The notes: generated by a model from the letters alone, not told the origin. A stretch of 64,000 nt of DNA from Negaprion brevirostris (GCA_030324005.1 JARDVH010000084.1:54119144-54183143), one strand, 5' to 3'. Positions 51,201-64,000 are shown, numbered from the stretch's first letter. Numbers and translations: made by a program.

Positions 51201-52675
51201 CCAGTTTGCAATATCATGGCTTGGTTCAGTAATATGCTTTATATTAAAACTACTGGAGAGAACAGCGTGCATCCTTCAAGGACTGAACAACCTTTACACG
51301 TTGCAACATGTGCACACCTTTCTTCTATAAATATAACCATTACAAAAACTAATTTGCACAATATTCATAGAGGTGTTCTTTTTACTGTTGTATCCTTTGA
51401 ATATTGAAAGCTTGTTATATTTTCCTTACCTTGCAGAAATGCCCCTGCAGTTTTTAAAGGGTTAAATTGCCAAGGACCTTCTTGGAAACTAGATTCCTGT
51501 TCACAGTACTGTTGAGTTGACAATCTGTATGTCACTATTATTCAGTATCAGATAGTTATTATCTCAGTAAACCACTAATTGTGCACATTCTCAGAGTGTC
51601 TGCCCACATTAACTTCATGTTGTATATCACTGGTTATAATTAGATTGCATAATTATTGATGAATGTTAAATCTATTTGGTTCTATAATTCCACTATAATT
51701 TGGAGCAGTTATCTGGCAGATATACAGAGAGCTTTTGCTTAGATGTTGCTGAACACAAGGTATAGTCTTAATTGTTAATTTACTGACCCAAATAATACGA
51801 TTATTGTCCTAGAAGATGCATTAGGGAAGGAATGTTTTTAAATTCGATCTACTTCTGAATGGTCCAGATTAATGAAGGACAATGCATCTGTGGTAATTAA
51901 ATTGTTGCTTAATTGCTAAATGTGGCAAAATTAAGGACTAAAATCATTTTATTTTAAATTGGAAAAGGCAGATAAGCATACTGTTTGANNNNNNNNNNNN
52001 NNNNNNNNNNNNNNNNNNNNNNNNNNNNNNNNNNNNNNNNNNNNNNNNNNNNNNNNNNNNNNNNNNNNNNNNNNNNNNNNNNNNNNNNACTGTTTGATTG
52101 ATGTTAGATCCAGTAGGTGGCACCATCTTGAGTTCTTCCCCCTTCATGGTGCTGCTGTAGTATCGGTAACCAATACTTGTGAATTGGGTTAACATCATGT
52201 GATGGGAAATGTCAGTTCCATCTTCAAGCTGGAAAAATGAAAACAAGGCATTCAGCTGTGAAACTGCCTAATATTTTTAAAATGCAAATTTAGTAATGCA
52301 TTAAAAAAAAGAGATGGGTATGTATTTGTCTTTTCAAAGGTTTTAATTTGAACTGAAATTAGATTTCATATTGGGATCTGTTCCTTTAGTGTGATTGTGG
52401 CATTTCTGCATTAATCAGACAGCTAGGGAGTGTCTGTAGAATTTTAACAACAGGTACAATGCAGTGTCTTTCTTTAAAATGGTGTCTACACCTCAGAAGC
52501 CCTGTAAATAAAATGGACAGCTGTAAAATGTAAGCTGTGATGTAAAAGAGTCTGGTTAATTTTGTAGATATGATCACTGTACATATGTGTGCATTTGATT
52601 ACTGTGATTATTTCTGACTGTAAAGATTTAATAAACCAATGTAAATACAATAAAGCCTTTTTTCTTTATTTTGAT
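48243..52675 (+). other. EDEM3: Probable long EDEM3 3'UTR
   Basis: T-rich sequence after the stop; AATAAA at 49008-49013 and clustered at 52507, 52630 and 52649, followed by a T-rich downstream tract. Confidence 0.5.
52630..52654 (+). terminator. Distal polyadenylation signals (tandem AATAAA)
   Basis: AATAAA at 52630-52635 and 52649-52654, then cctttttttctttattttg. Confidence 0.55.
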
Positions 52676-53269
52676 CTGATAATTCAAAATAATTTAGTTA
52701 GGATCCCCAAGTGATTGCATTCTCACCAACTTGAAGATTTCAGAATTTTATGTTTTACAATTTGACATGCCCATGCAAATACATTGAAAGTTGGTGATTT
52801 ACCTGTCGTTTCTAGTACAAAATTTCTGTAGGAATAGCCTTGATGTAGCAGAACCCTTTCTGCTAGTTTTGTGCCCTCTCAGCATTCTCCTTCCTTGGGG
52901 CCTCCTCGTGACTTGCTCACAGACTCTGCCATCACTCGGTTTTAAATGCGGGCAAATGGCAAAAATGCGTGGAACTGTCAGAAGTTATGTTCCCAGTACA
53001 TCAAAGATAAGTTAAACTGCAGTTTGTAGGCTACAGAAACTTCTAAAAACCTTAGAGTTTGAAGTGAGCTTTGAAGCAATTTTTTTCTTCAGTGAACCTA
53101 TTCAGAGTTGGATTCACTGGTCAAACCACTGGGAAATATCCGTACTTGGTAAGTGATTCTGATTCCCAATAGACAATTCTTTGTTTGCTCCAATGAAGCA
53201 GGAATACTGAATGGCAAATAAGACAACACCTGAAGCAGATGTAGCACATCAGATATTACTCCTGACAGC

Positions 53270-55440
53270 CGAGGGTTCTCTTTATCTGTGGACACCAGGT
53301 GTGGTACTTTGTTACTAGGCACTGTAGATATACTCTGGTACTTGCTAAACACTTGAGCCTTAACTCACAACTGACTGATCTTGGTGATATATCCTAATCT
53401 AAACAAAGCTGACTCCTGAGAACCAAACAACAGAGCCTTTGTAAGATATGCCTGTCGATCGGAAAGATGAATCAATCACCCGCTAGGACCCATCCTCCAA
53501 TAGGTCGCTGAATGTTGCAATGGCTTTTTGCTCATCACTTTGTTCTGAAATGTGCCAATTCCAACCCAGCAGGTCTTCATGTGAATGCTCGCCACCTGTA
53601 ACAGCCTTCTGTTTCTACCATCTCTGGCCTAACTTCAATCTCTGCTGGGGTGGGGTCCACTGCATGTGGCTGTGGGGAAAAAAAATTGTTGATAATGTAG
53701 AATTCCTCAGTTGCTGAAGGCTGAAGTTTCACTGGTTTTAAATTAAAAAACTGTAGACTTTTCCCTTAAATACATTGAGTTGTTCAAATGCTGGGCATCA
53801 TCTGCTTTTTCTAGGATTCCTAGAAGCTTGCTAAAGTCCATAGTCAATAAGGATATGTGTTGATTGTGGACAAGACAGAATAATTGATCTGTTATTCCAT
53901 GTAATGAGNNNNNNNNNNACAATACTGCTTTTAATTGGAAGCTCTGTGCTACCTAGACCATGTAATTTGGTGCTGAAAGGTTATTGGCGCAAGATGATAT
54001 GCTTGCATGTTGTCAGCAGCTCCAAGATCAATTTTTAAAGTTGGTATCAAAGCCTTGAACTTCACTGCAACTGACCAATAGTCTGCACTAAGACTATTAA
54101 TTTTCTGTGGGAACTCTGTGTCTTTTTGTCATTAGCTTGATTTCCAATATCTTGCTTTCCAATTTCTAGGGGGAAATGTGTTTTATAAATACTTCCCTGT
54201 CTTCTAGCTTGATTAAGATTCATAGATTTGCAGGAACGCTTGAAATGTCTAGTTGTGCCACACTGGAATGCTGGGCAGTCTTGGCATGTGTTGGTTTTTC
54301 ATGCCATAAGACAAACATCACAAAATATCTGTCAGTTTCCCACCTTTTTGGCAGTTTGGCAGGCTTTCTTCTGGGTGGACTGCCGCCAGTGAGCTCCCCA
54401 GTCAATAGAGTCATGTGAAGGCTCAGAGTCGCATTGAATTAAAGCCCTGTTAAATTTGCTAAGATTGGCCTGCCTCACATACTGGATCATTTGATCTAAA
54501 GTAAGATCATCCTTGGTCTTCTGACAATAGGGAGGGTTTTTCATCCTGGATGCCCATTACTGTGCGATCGCAGATCTGCTCGATTGACTAGCCACAAGAA
54601 TTAGCTAGAGAATACAGGTCAGTTAAATATAATTTAGTTGATTTCCCAGGACATTAGAACCTTTGATTAAACATGCTAGTTTCACTTCTGGCTAAAAATA
54701 GGTATCAAAAGCTTTGAAAACAGTTCCAAAGTAGCAGTGGACTCCCCCACTTCCTTCCCTGGAAAACATCATCCGTGACTGGACCTAGAGCATAAAGAGA
54801 GGAACTAACTTAATTATTCTGTTCTTTAGCGTGATGGCCCCAGTGCTGCTCAATATCAAGGGAAATGGAGTTCCCATAATTCCCATTTTTGGCTTCTTTG
54901 TGGGTCCTCAAATAGGTGCGATAGGGACAGGAACTGCTCACCACATATGATCATTATTATCTCTCTTCAGTGTGCATCTTCCTTCTGTCGATTTGTACAT
55001 CTGAGCTTCTGTGTTTTCCACCATTCTGTGGTTTCTTTAATAATACCAATGTATTTTTTACATCAATGCCTCCACTTCTGCCATTGTATTCTGAGATGGT
55101 TCTCCTTGTCTTTGACTCCGGATGTGGTACTTGGTTATTGGATGTGTTGTAATCATACTCTGGTACTTGGTTGACATTTGCTTATTAGTATTACACCTAA
55201 ACATTATACCTCTCAATGACTCACATCGAGGATATAAACCAAAACCACTGGCACTATAAAACTCAAAATAGAATTGCCATGATAAAGACAGCAATTATAA
55301 AACTTGTTGAACTATTTGGGGGTTGGGTGCTAAACTCTCAAACGTGAATGAACTGGACAGCCTCCTTCTTACCGGATGAGTAATCAGCACAAAATTACCT
55401 GCAATGTGATTGTAGCTAGGCCGTCTCACTGATAACCTGT
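53270..55440 (-). mobile_element. Decayed Gypsy-type LTR retrotransposon remnant(s)
   Basis: minus-strand gag-like EQICDRTVMGIQD and DLTLDQMIQYVRQ (about 54470-54585), degenerate zinc knuckle CPAFQCGTTRHFKRSC (about 54225-54280), protease-like KIDLGA (about 54015-54040), LTR/PBS-like junctions at about 53290 and 55115. Confidence 0.65.
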
Positions 55441-56720
55441 NNNNNNNNNNTTTTTAAATTTGCAGGATTATCATAGTATTAAAATAATTCTAAACCTCAA
55501 TATGAAAATTATCCTCTGTATGAGTCACTCAAGCACACTCCACACAGCAATCACCCCCACACTCAGTCACTTTTTTGGAGAGTGGTGCAGTGCAGGCTGG
55601 TACTGGTGAGAGCAGGGCCTGTACACATCGGTGAACCTGGCTTTAGTGTGTTCAGGAGCCATTACACAAGCGCCACTGATCTCGCAGTGCAATGAGAGAC
55701 ACCCTCCCTCTCCCCATGGATGTCAGGACTCCCACACCCCCTTCCTTTCCCCATTGGTGGCATGTTCCCTGACATGGATTGCCGGTATTGGGATCCATTT
55801 GATGGATTCTCCTGCCTGACTCCTGACATTATCCCTCAAAATGTTTCCCATCATGACCCCTGTCCACCCCTGCAGAGCCAGTGTCCTCTCCACCCCAGGT
55901 CATAGGACCCATCCAAACCCCACACCTTGCAGTGTACCAGGTGAGTATGGCCCAGCCCTGCCCCCAACGAGCCAAGGGCCTCCTTGGTCTCTGAGCCCCC
56001 CAGTGGCCATCCCACTGGAGAGGTGGGAGCATTCCAGAAGGGGGGTGGCTAATGGCGTGCCAGATTCACCGGTGAGATTGAGATCCAATCAATCTCGTAC
56101 GAACTGGTTCACACTGTTGGAAAGGGGTGGGGCAATGACAAATTGGCGCCGGTGGGGGAGAGACTAATATTTAGGCCTGTCCACTATTCTTTGGCATTGA
56201 CACAATCTACGCCAGGCATGATGAGGTCGGAGAATCACCCCCAATACTGCATGAGTAGGACAAAAGCTGGAAATCCATTTTTTTGGCATGGGGCATGTTT
56301 TCGAAGCTGCCTATGCCATAAAATGTGTATCCCCAGCTCATTTCCCTGATTGTAGCAATGGACGGTATCTGGAATGACTCCAAACATTTATCTCATACAA
56401 ATTGTTAAATGTGCAATGGAATTGAATAAAGACAAGAAGAAAATATTTTCAAAAGTTTTTTTTCAGAAGAACTTTGGAAAGCATCAGACATACAAACACA
56501 ACCATGACCTTTTTCAAATTCACTTTGGGTGTGAATACATATAAAGCATACAAGACAGCTGTGATGCAGCAATTGTCCTTGAGAGTATTGCTAAATACTT
56601 ACAGCCACTGTAAATTGATAATGTTTCATTTGGATAAACAGTTGTAAGAATGGAACAATATGAAATAGTAGTGCACTTCACCCTGTTCGTCATCTCCTCT
56701 GCTACTCCAAAGACACTCGA

Positions 56721-57201
56721 GTTAGGTGTATTGACCATGCTAAATTGCCTTTTAGTATCAAGGGGACAAGTAGGGTAAACACATGGGGATATGGGGATAG
56801 GGCCTGGGTGGGATTGGTGTCGGTGCAGGCTTGATGAGCCAAATGGCCTCTTTCTGCACTGTAGGGATTCTGTATGACAATAATAAATCAAATCAAGTCA
56901 AATCGCACCTCTGGCAGCACATTCCAGATACCTATCACTCTCTGTGTAAAAAACTTGCCCCACTCATCTCCTTTGAACTTTCCGCCTCTCACCTTAAGTG
57001 CGTGCCCCCAAGTATTAGGCATTTCAACTCCAGGAAAAGGATTCTAACTGTCAACCTTATCTATGCCTCTCATGATTTTAGAGACATCTATCAGATCTCC
57101 CCTCAGCCTCTGCCACTCTAGAGAAAATAACCCTAGTTTGTGCAGCCTCTCCTTGTAGCTCATTCCCTCTAACCTAGGCAGCATCCTGGTAAACCTCTTC
57201 T
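56721..57201. mobile_element. HE1-like SINE 3' half (+) followed by a CR1 fragment (-) running into a gap
   Basis: catgctaaattgcc...ctgcactgtagggattctgtatga; then ctggcagcacattccag...gcatcctggtaaacctcttct. Confidence 0.8.
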
Positions 57202-57959
57202 NNNNNNNNNNNNNNNNNNNNNNNNNNNNNNNNNNNNNNNNNNNNNNNNNNNNNNNNNNNNNNNNNNNNNNNNNNNNNNNNNNNNNNNNNNNNNNNNNNN
57301 NNNNNNNNNNNNNNNNNNNNNNNNNNNNNNNNNNNNNNNNNNNNNNNNNNNNNNNNNNNNNNNNNNNNNNNNNNNNNNNNNNNNNNNNNNNNNNNNNNNN
57401 NNNNNNNNNNNNNNNNNNNNNNNNNNNNNNNNNNNNNNNNNNNNNNNNNNNNNNNNNNNNNNNNNNNNNNNNNNNNNNNNNNNNNNNNNNNNNNNNNNNN
57501 NNNNNNNNNNNNNNNNNNNNNNNNNNNNNNNNNNNNNNNNNNNNNNNNNNNNNNNNNNNNNNNNNNNNNNNNNNNNNNNNNNNNNNNNNNNNNNNNNNNN
57601 NNNNNNNNNNNNNNNNNNNNNNNNNNNNNNNNNNNNNNNNNNNNNNNNNNNNNNNNNNNNNNNNNNNNNNNNNNNNNNNNNNNNNNNNNNNNNNNNNNNN
57701 NNNNNNNNNNNNNNNNNNNNNNNNNNNNNNNNNNNNNNNNNNNNNNNNNNNNNNNNNNNNNNNNNNNNNNNNNNNNNNNNNNNNNNNNNNNNNNNNNNNN
57801 NNNNNNNNNNNNNNNNNNNNNNNNNNNNNNNNNNNNNNNNNNNNTAGGTTATTTATAGATGAAAATATTCACTCTTCAGGGTGAGGAACAGGTGGGCAGT
57901 CAGCGCTGATTCGAAGGAGTGAATTGTCATAAGGGAGTGGTAGCATTAGAGTTAGAGGT

Positions 57960-58560
57960 GTTCTGTGGCACAATAGTAGTGTCCATTTGGACCAGAAGCT
58001 CTGGGTTCAATTTGTCACTTCTGGATGTGATGGTCATGGAAGGTGTGTTCATAATGTCACCAAACAGGTTGATTATCAGCCTGTAAATCCTTTTCATGTG
58101 CCTGAAGCAAACTTCAAGGGTGTGAGTTTTCTGGTCAGTCTTTCTGCAGAAAGCAGTGGCAAATCACTGCAGCACTTTGCCAGGCAAAGTCATGGATCAA
58201 TCCAATGGAAGTCCGTGGTTGCCAAAGCCCTCTTAGGGGGAGAAGGAGCATAGTGGTTATGTTCATGGATTAGTTATTTGTGTTAGTAATGATCTGGCGA
58301 CAAGTTCAAATCCCAATGTGGCCGTTATGAAATTTAAATTGTTAATAAATAAATCATAAATAAAAAGATGGCATTAGTAATGGTGACTGTGAAACTACCA
58401 AGTTGTAAATTTGGCTAACTTAATGCCTTTAGAACGCAAAACGTGAAAGTTTACATTGTCAGGTCTATGACTCCAGGCCAACTGGAATAATTTGGGAAGC
58501 AATGAAGGATGGTTAATATTATAGGAGGCTGACACCCACAATCCAAGGATGAATAAGAAG
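57960..58560 (+). mobile_element. Two adjacent degraded tRNA-derived SINEs
   Basis: gtggcacaatagtagt..gggttcaat head; second head gcatagtggttatgttcatggattagt..aagttcaaatccc with tail gacacccacaatccaaggatgaataa. Confidence 0.55.
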
Positions 58561-59331
58561 TGGAAGAAACTCATGTAAACGTCTTATACCTGAGCTTATT
58601 TTTTGCTACCTCTTGGTTAATATTTTTTCTTATATTTTAGCTTATTTAAATAAACTTTTAACACAACTATGTTTGAGGTATATAGTATATGACACATTAG
58701 CTCTCCCACATCTACCGTACGCACTGTTGTTTATTGCCCCGTTGGATTGGAGAAGTGCCTGGTTTGATAAGGGATATTAACTTGGCTCTGCTGGGCCTGA
58801 CCGTTCACAGGGTTAACCAAATGAAATGTTACAGATAAATATTGACAAAGAATAAAGTGTGTTTAATACAACTGGCACAGAGGGAGCTCTCTCCTTTCCT
58901 TCCCTTTCCTTCCCTTTCCTTGTCCCTAATCCCCACAAACTCTACATTTCAGATCTGAGAGCATTCTACTCTTCAATGAATTTCCAATGGCTCCCGTTGT
59001 TGTGCTGGTGGTTGCAGGTGGTAAAAGGAAACATATTTCAGGAGCAGTTTGGGACGTTTTCAGAGATTTTTCATTCCCTTCCAGGTCAGTTGTGGACTTC
59101 AGACTGTGAGAGTAAAGAGGCGCCAGACATCTCAACGTGGAATGGTGAGTGAGTAAAACTATGTGACATTCATGAAGAACAAAGTGAGTTACAGACGATG
59201 ACTCTGTTACGGTCTGAGTGTTTTAGCCAGAGAATAAAATAATGGGTTTCTGGAAGTGAATTATAGACAAATCACATAATTCCAAAAAGTTATTTTAAAA
59301 CTGATTGAGGGATTCAAATAATTTAGATGTA

Positions 59332-59648
59332 GGGTGGCATATTGGCACAGTGGTTAGCACTGCTTCCTCAGTGTCAGAGATCAGGTTCAATTCTGGCCTC
59401 AGGTCACAGTCTGTGTGGAGTTTGCACGTCCTGCCTGTGTCTGCGTGGGTTTCCTCTGTGTGCTCTGGTTTCCACTCACTCCAAGTGTGCGGATTAGGTT
59501 GAATGGCTATGTTAAAAATTGATCCTAGTGTCAGGGAGACTAGCAGGGTAAATATGTGGTGTTACAGGAATAGGGCCTGGGTGGGATTCTGGTCAGTGCA
59601 GACTCAGTGGACTGAATGGTCTCCTTCTGCACTGTAGGGATTCTATAT
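59332..59648 (+). mobile_element. HE1-like SINE, tail type B
   Basis: ggcacagtggttagcactgct head; ctccttctgcactgtagggattctat tail. Confidence 0.88.
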
Positions 59649-60544
59649 AATGAATGCCTGAAAGCAAGTCAAATTACACAGTCCTAATGCAGTGAAACAA
59701 CAGGAGTGAAGCTGTATCTGTTTACATCATTATATTTGGGAAACGACCACAGAGCCTGTTTTTGGTAGAGGGGAATCTATCAAGATCAGGGTCGGTTAGT
59801 TCATTTTTTTTCTTGCTGACATTTATGCTATGTACCATTAAATATCTAATAGATACCCTTGTCATTATGTAACTTCATCCAGACATGATTTACTGGATTA
59901 CCAGGAGTGTCTGAGGCTGAACCTAAAATCATCATCAAGTCTGACCCACCAGCACAATAATGGGTGCAGTGAATTGGCAGGACTGTCATGCTTCAAATAA
60001 GATATTAAACCAAAGTTTAGTCCACTTTTACAGTACTATTTACAGTTGAGAACATTGTTTTTTAAAAAATCTACCAGCCTAGATTTTTCAATGAATAATG
60101 ACAGAAAAGATTTGAACTAATCCTACCCCTGGTGGCTGTTTGGGAGGTGTTTTTAGTGCTGATGACTGTCAATAATAACTACTGTACTTCAATATGGAGT
60201 TCATCTGTAAAATCCTTTTGGGTGCATATATATGGAAATATATTAGTCCTGTAAATTTATCAGCCAATTATTTTTTCTTGCTGTTTATCGATAAACTTCA
60301 CAATGACACGTTTCACAATACATTCATTATATTCAAATTCTTCATGATGAATATTATCCCAGAAATAATGGGCTGTCTATTCCCCTGAATTGTACCAAGT
60401 CTGTAATATTCTCCCTAATAGCAGTAAGAGATTCTGAACACCAGAAGGTTCAAGGTTCAAGCACACCATCACCATAGCTTCCACCACCAGCATCAACATT
60501 GTTCTTCATCATCAATGCCAGCACTACCATCACCACCACCAGCA

Positions 60545-60817
60545 TGGGTGGCATGGTGGCACAGTGCTTAGCACTGTTGCTTCACAGCACCAGGGAACCT
60601 GGATTCGATTCCTGCCTTGGGTCACTGTCTGTGTAGAGTTTGCATGTTCTCCTCGCGTCTGCGTGGGTTTCCTCCGGGTACTCCTGTTTCCTTCCATCGT
60701 CCAAAAAACATGCTGGTTGACCTGAAGAGGCACCAGGCTGTGGCAACAAGAGGAATTTCACAGTAACTTCATTGCAGTGTTAATGTAAGCCTCACTTGTG
60801 ACTGATAAATGAACTTT
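60545..60817 (+). mobile_element. V-SINE/HE1-like SINE, tail type A
   Basis: ggtggcacagtgcttagcactg head; gaatttcacagtaacttcattgcagtgttaatgtaagcc tail. Confidence 0.88.
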
Positions 60818-62062
60818 TAGAACAAAGAAAATTACAGCACAGGTACAGGCCCTTCAGCCCTCCAAGCCCACACCGACCTTGCTGCCCAACTGAATTAAAA
60901 CCCACTACCCTTCCTATTCCCATCCTATTCTTGTATTTGTGCAGGCACTCCTTAAAACTCATTATCGTATCTGCTTCCACTACCTCCCCAACAGTGAGTT
61001 CCAGGCACCCACCACCCTCTGTAAAAAGCTTGCCTCGTATATCTGCTATAAACCTTGCCCCTCACATCTTAAAATTATGCCTCCTCGTAATTGACTCTTC
61101 CACTCTGGGAGAAAGCTTCTGACGATCCACTCTGTCCATGCCCCTCATAATCTTGTAGATTTCTATCAGATTGTCCCTCAATCTCTATTGTTCCAGTGAG
61201 AACAAACCAAGTTTCTCCAACCCCTTCTCATAGTTAATGCCCTCCATGCCAGGCCATATCCTGGTAAATCTTTTCTGTACCCTCTCCAAAGCCTCCACAT
61301 CCTTTTGGTAGTGTGGTGACCAAAATTGAACACTATATTCCAATGTGGCCTAACCAAGGTTCAATAAACTGCAACATGATTTGTCAATTTTTAAACTCAA
61401 TGCCCCGGCCGATGAAGGTAAGCATGCTGTGTGCCTTCTTGACTACCTCCTCCACCTGCGTTGCCACTTTCAGTGACCTGTGTACCTGTACACCCAGATC
61501 CCTCTGCCTATTAATACTCTTAAGAATTCCACCATTTATTGTATATTTCCTATCTTTATTAGACCTTCCAAAATGCATTACCTCACATTTGTCCGGATTA
61601 AGTTCCAACTGCCATCTCTCCACCCAAGACTCCAACTGATCTATATCCTGCTATAACCTCTGACGGTCTTCATTGCTATCGCAAATCCACCAACATATCA
61701 AACCAGTTACATTGTCCTCCAAATCATTTATATATATTACGAATAGCAAAGGTTCCAGCACTGATCCCTTAGGAACACCACTTGTTACAGCCCTCCATTC
61801 AGAAACACACCCTTGCTTTCACTGCTACCCTCTTCTATGACCGAGCCAGTTCTGTATCCACCTTGCCAGCTCACTTCTGATCCCATGCAATTTCACATTC
61901 TATACCAGTCTGCTATGAGGGACCTTGTCAAAGGCCTTACTAAAGTCCATGTAGACAACATCCCCTGCCCTACTCTCATCAATCATCTTCGTCACATCCT
62001 CGAAAAACTCAATCAAGTTAGTAAGACACGACCTCCCCTTCACAAAACCATGTTGCTTCTTA
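60818..62062 (-). mobile_element. 5'-truncated CR1 LINE
   Basis: QHGFVKGRSCLTNLIEFFEDVTK, VVYMDFSKAFDKVPH, WQLELNPDKCEVMHFGR, QRDLGVQVHRSLK on the minus strand. Confidence 0.92.
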
Positions 62063-62289
62063 TTTCCAAATGGGAAATAAGTGGGGGAAAAATCCTTTAC
62101 TTTATCCTTTGCTGCCTGCCCAGGTTGCAGTTCTTGGGTACCTGAAAGATAAAAGCCAAGTGGGTGAGGTGTGGTATGGGAAGTGGTAGATGTGGATGGA
62201 AAGGAAGATGCACATGCTTTCATAATTTGCAGCTTTTAAATCAGAAGAAAAGATAAGATGAAGGAGAGATGGGATGTAAGAAGGAGGAT

Positions 62290-62700
62290 TAGGTACGAGG
62301 ATATCATCATCAATGAATTCAGCCTAGTCACTAGTCTTAGTGTAAACAGTGGTCCTCCCAAAAATGGTTAGCACTGAATCCTCCACAGAGTTAGGATATG
62401 CAGGTATGCCAGTTAGAATTTGCGTTCTCTGCTTGTTAACCACATTGTCCTGCAAGAGAGAAGGAAGTCTGCCGTTGAGTGTTGTGCAGTTTGTGATGTG
62501 ACTGTCATGGTTGAATAGCTGGCACACTGTGCAAACTATGAGATGTGGATACAAAGCCTATAACCGTGCTAAGTTTGTGACAGTTAGATAGAACCAAATA
62601 TGACGCTTGATTGATAGAAATTGTAAGTGAATGATAGTGGTGTGGTGAATCGAGTAGTACCTGAAGCTAGTGATGCAATTAGTAGGATATGCCATTTGAA
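62290..62700 (-). mobile_element. Very old LINE (CR1/L2-type) endonuclease-region fragment
   Basis: ILTGIPAYPNSVEDSVLTIFGRTTV loosely resembles the C-terminal part of the LINE endonuclease; weak. Confidence 0.35.
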
Positions 62701-64000
62701 AATGCATTTGTTGCCCTTGGCTACTCATATGAGGTAATTGAACTTCTTATGGCGTTGCATCCAGATCCTCAGGGCATAATCCCTGGTATTGACCTCCATG
62801 GTTAATTGCTTCCATTACCTTCTAAGCATGTGTATGGAAGGCCTCCAGACCTTTTGGGGATCAATCCTCTTTTCCTCTTCCTCCACCAATAAGGCTTTCA
62901 ATGCAACATCTGAAAATCTTGGAGTTCATGTATGCCTGCATGTTGTACCATTTTCAGTGTTTCCCAGGTCATAGTACTGCGGGACTGCTAACATCTGCTC
63001 CGGCCTCAATGCACCTTTCCTTTAAAAGTGCAGTGGCTTCCAATGATGCTGTGCACTTATGATATTGACCCCTTGCTGATGTGCCCAATCATCAATAGCA
63101 CAGTTAGCATTAAACATTAAAGCCATTGAAATGAACAGGCAGCACAAAGTTGGCATGCTGCTGCTTTGCAATCAACAGACATGGGTTAATCGCACATCAT
63201 GATACCCATGACTACTTTCAGATGATACAAATTTAACACTTAAATGTCTTGCCACATATTTCATTTGTTTCTGATAAGATTTCTTTGAGTTAATTTAGGG
63301 ACCCTTGCATTTCATTTGTTGTTTAAATGCTTCAGTTATTGTCTAGCTGAAAAGGCTCTTCAAATGGGAAGAAACTTTAAAGTCTGCTGTTTTGTTTGTT
63401 TCAAGCTAATTTTGTCAGCAGGAAATGCAGCTAAATCTACCACAATGTGAATCATCTCATTTCCTCTCTGAGTAGGGAGGTTGCAATTTATGATACTATT
63501 TATGTATTAAGGCTTCCCCTTTTAGTCTCAGAGCTCCAAATAGGTTTCACACAAACTTTCTGTATGAAAAAGTGAACAAGAAGGCAAAACCCCACCCCTT
63601 TATTGTGATGTATTTTGTATGAATAATTGAGCTCTTTATTATGCGGTTGAGTCAAATTCCACACATTACCAAATCATTTTCCCTACATGAAACTGGTATA
63701 TTCATACAATAGTTCATTTATTAAAATTATAAATTAAGGTTTCTAGATAATTACTTACATTGTACATTGTCAAAGTGAAGTTTTTTTCCTCCAATTTTAT
63801 GCTTTTGACAGCAATAGGTCAGTTCCAACAACACTTTCCCATTTCACACATCCAAGAACAGATAGGTTGGCATCGTGTGGAAAATTAAAATTGTTGCAAA
63901 TTGAGGCACAACTGCACCTCAGTTCCAATATGCCAATTTCCACTTTTAATGGAGGTGCGTTTGGCCGTATATTGTATACTCCTTGGAATTTGCGTGATCT

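Noticed and set aside
55631-56349. Cluster of Pro/Gly-rich ORFs
   Set aside because: GC-rich interior of a probable non-autonomous DNA element (ends ggagaatcacccc); no coding signature.
60462-60545. His/Thr-like CAC/CAT-rich run
   Set aside because: Degenerate trinucleotide low-complexity tract next to a SINE; no splice sites or ORF support.

Overview
Vertebrate genomic DNA. The repeat content (HE1/V-SINE-like tRNA SINEs, abundant CR1 and L2 LINE fragments) points to a shark or other elasmobranch, in a gapped draft assembly. The + strand carries most of EDEM3 (GH47 mannosidase domain, PA domain, acidic tail ending KDEL). I read 18 GT-AG coding exons directly, equivalent to human exons 2-8 and 10-20 (2843-48242), followed by a probable long 3'UTR to about 52.7 kb. 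Exon 1 lies upstream of the window. Exon 9 (DSGVGAGIDSYYEY...) is not visible. The main surprise is inside EDEM3 intron 8: on the minus strand are the last two intact, spliceable coding exons of CENP-C (cupin domain). They sit in a block of about 6 kb that has reversed strand skew and is bracketed by same-orientation CR1 copies. This is either a real nested or transposed CENP-C fragment or an assembly mis-join. Other notable items are an in-frame 42-nt cassette exon in intron 19 and a Pumilio-element cluster at the distal poly(A) site. The rest is intronic or intergenic repeat. Most ORF-track entries are chance frames, LINE remnants or N-gap artefacts. Homologue sequences quoted are recalled from memory, not from a search, and repeat boundaries are approximate.
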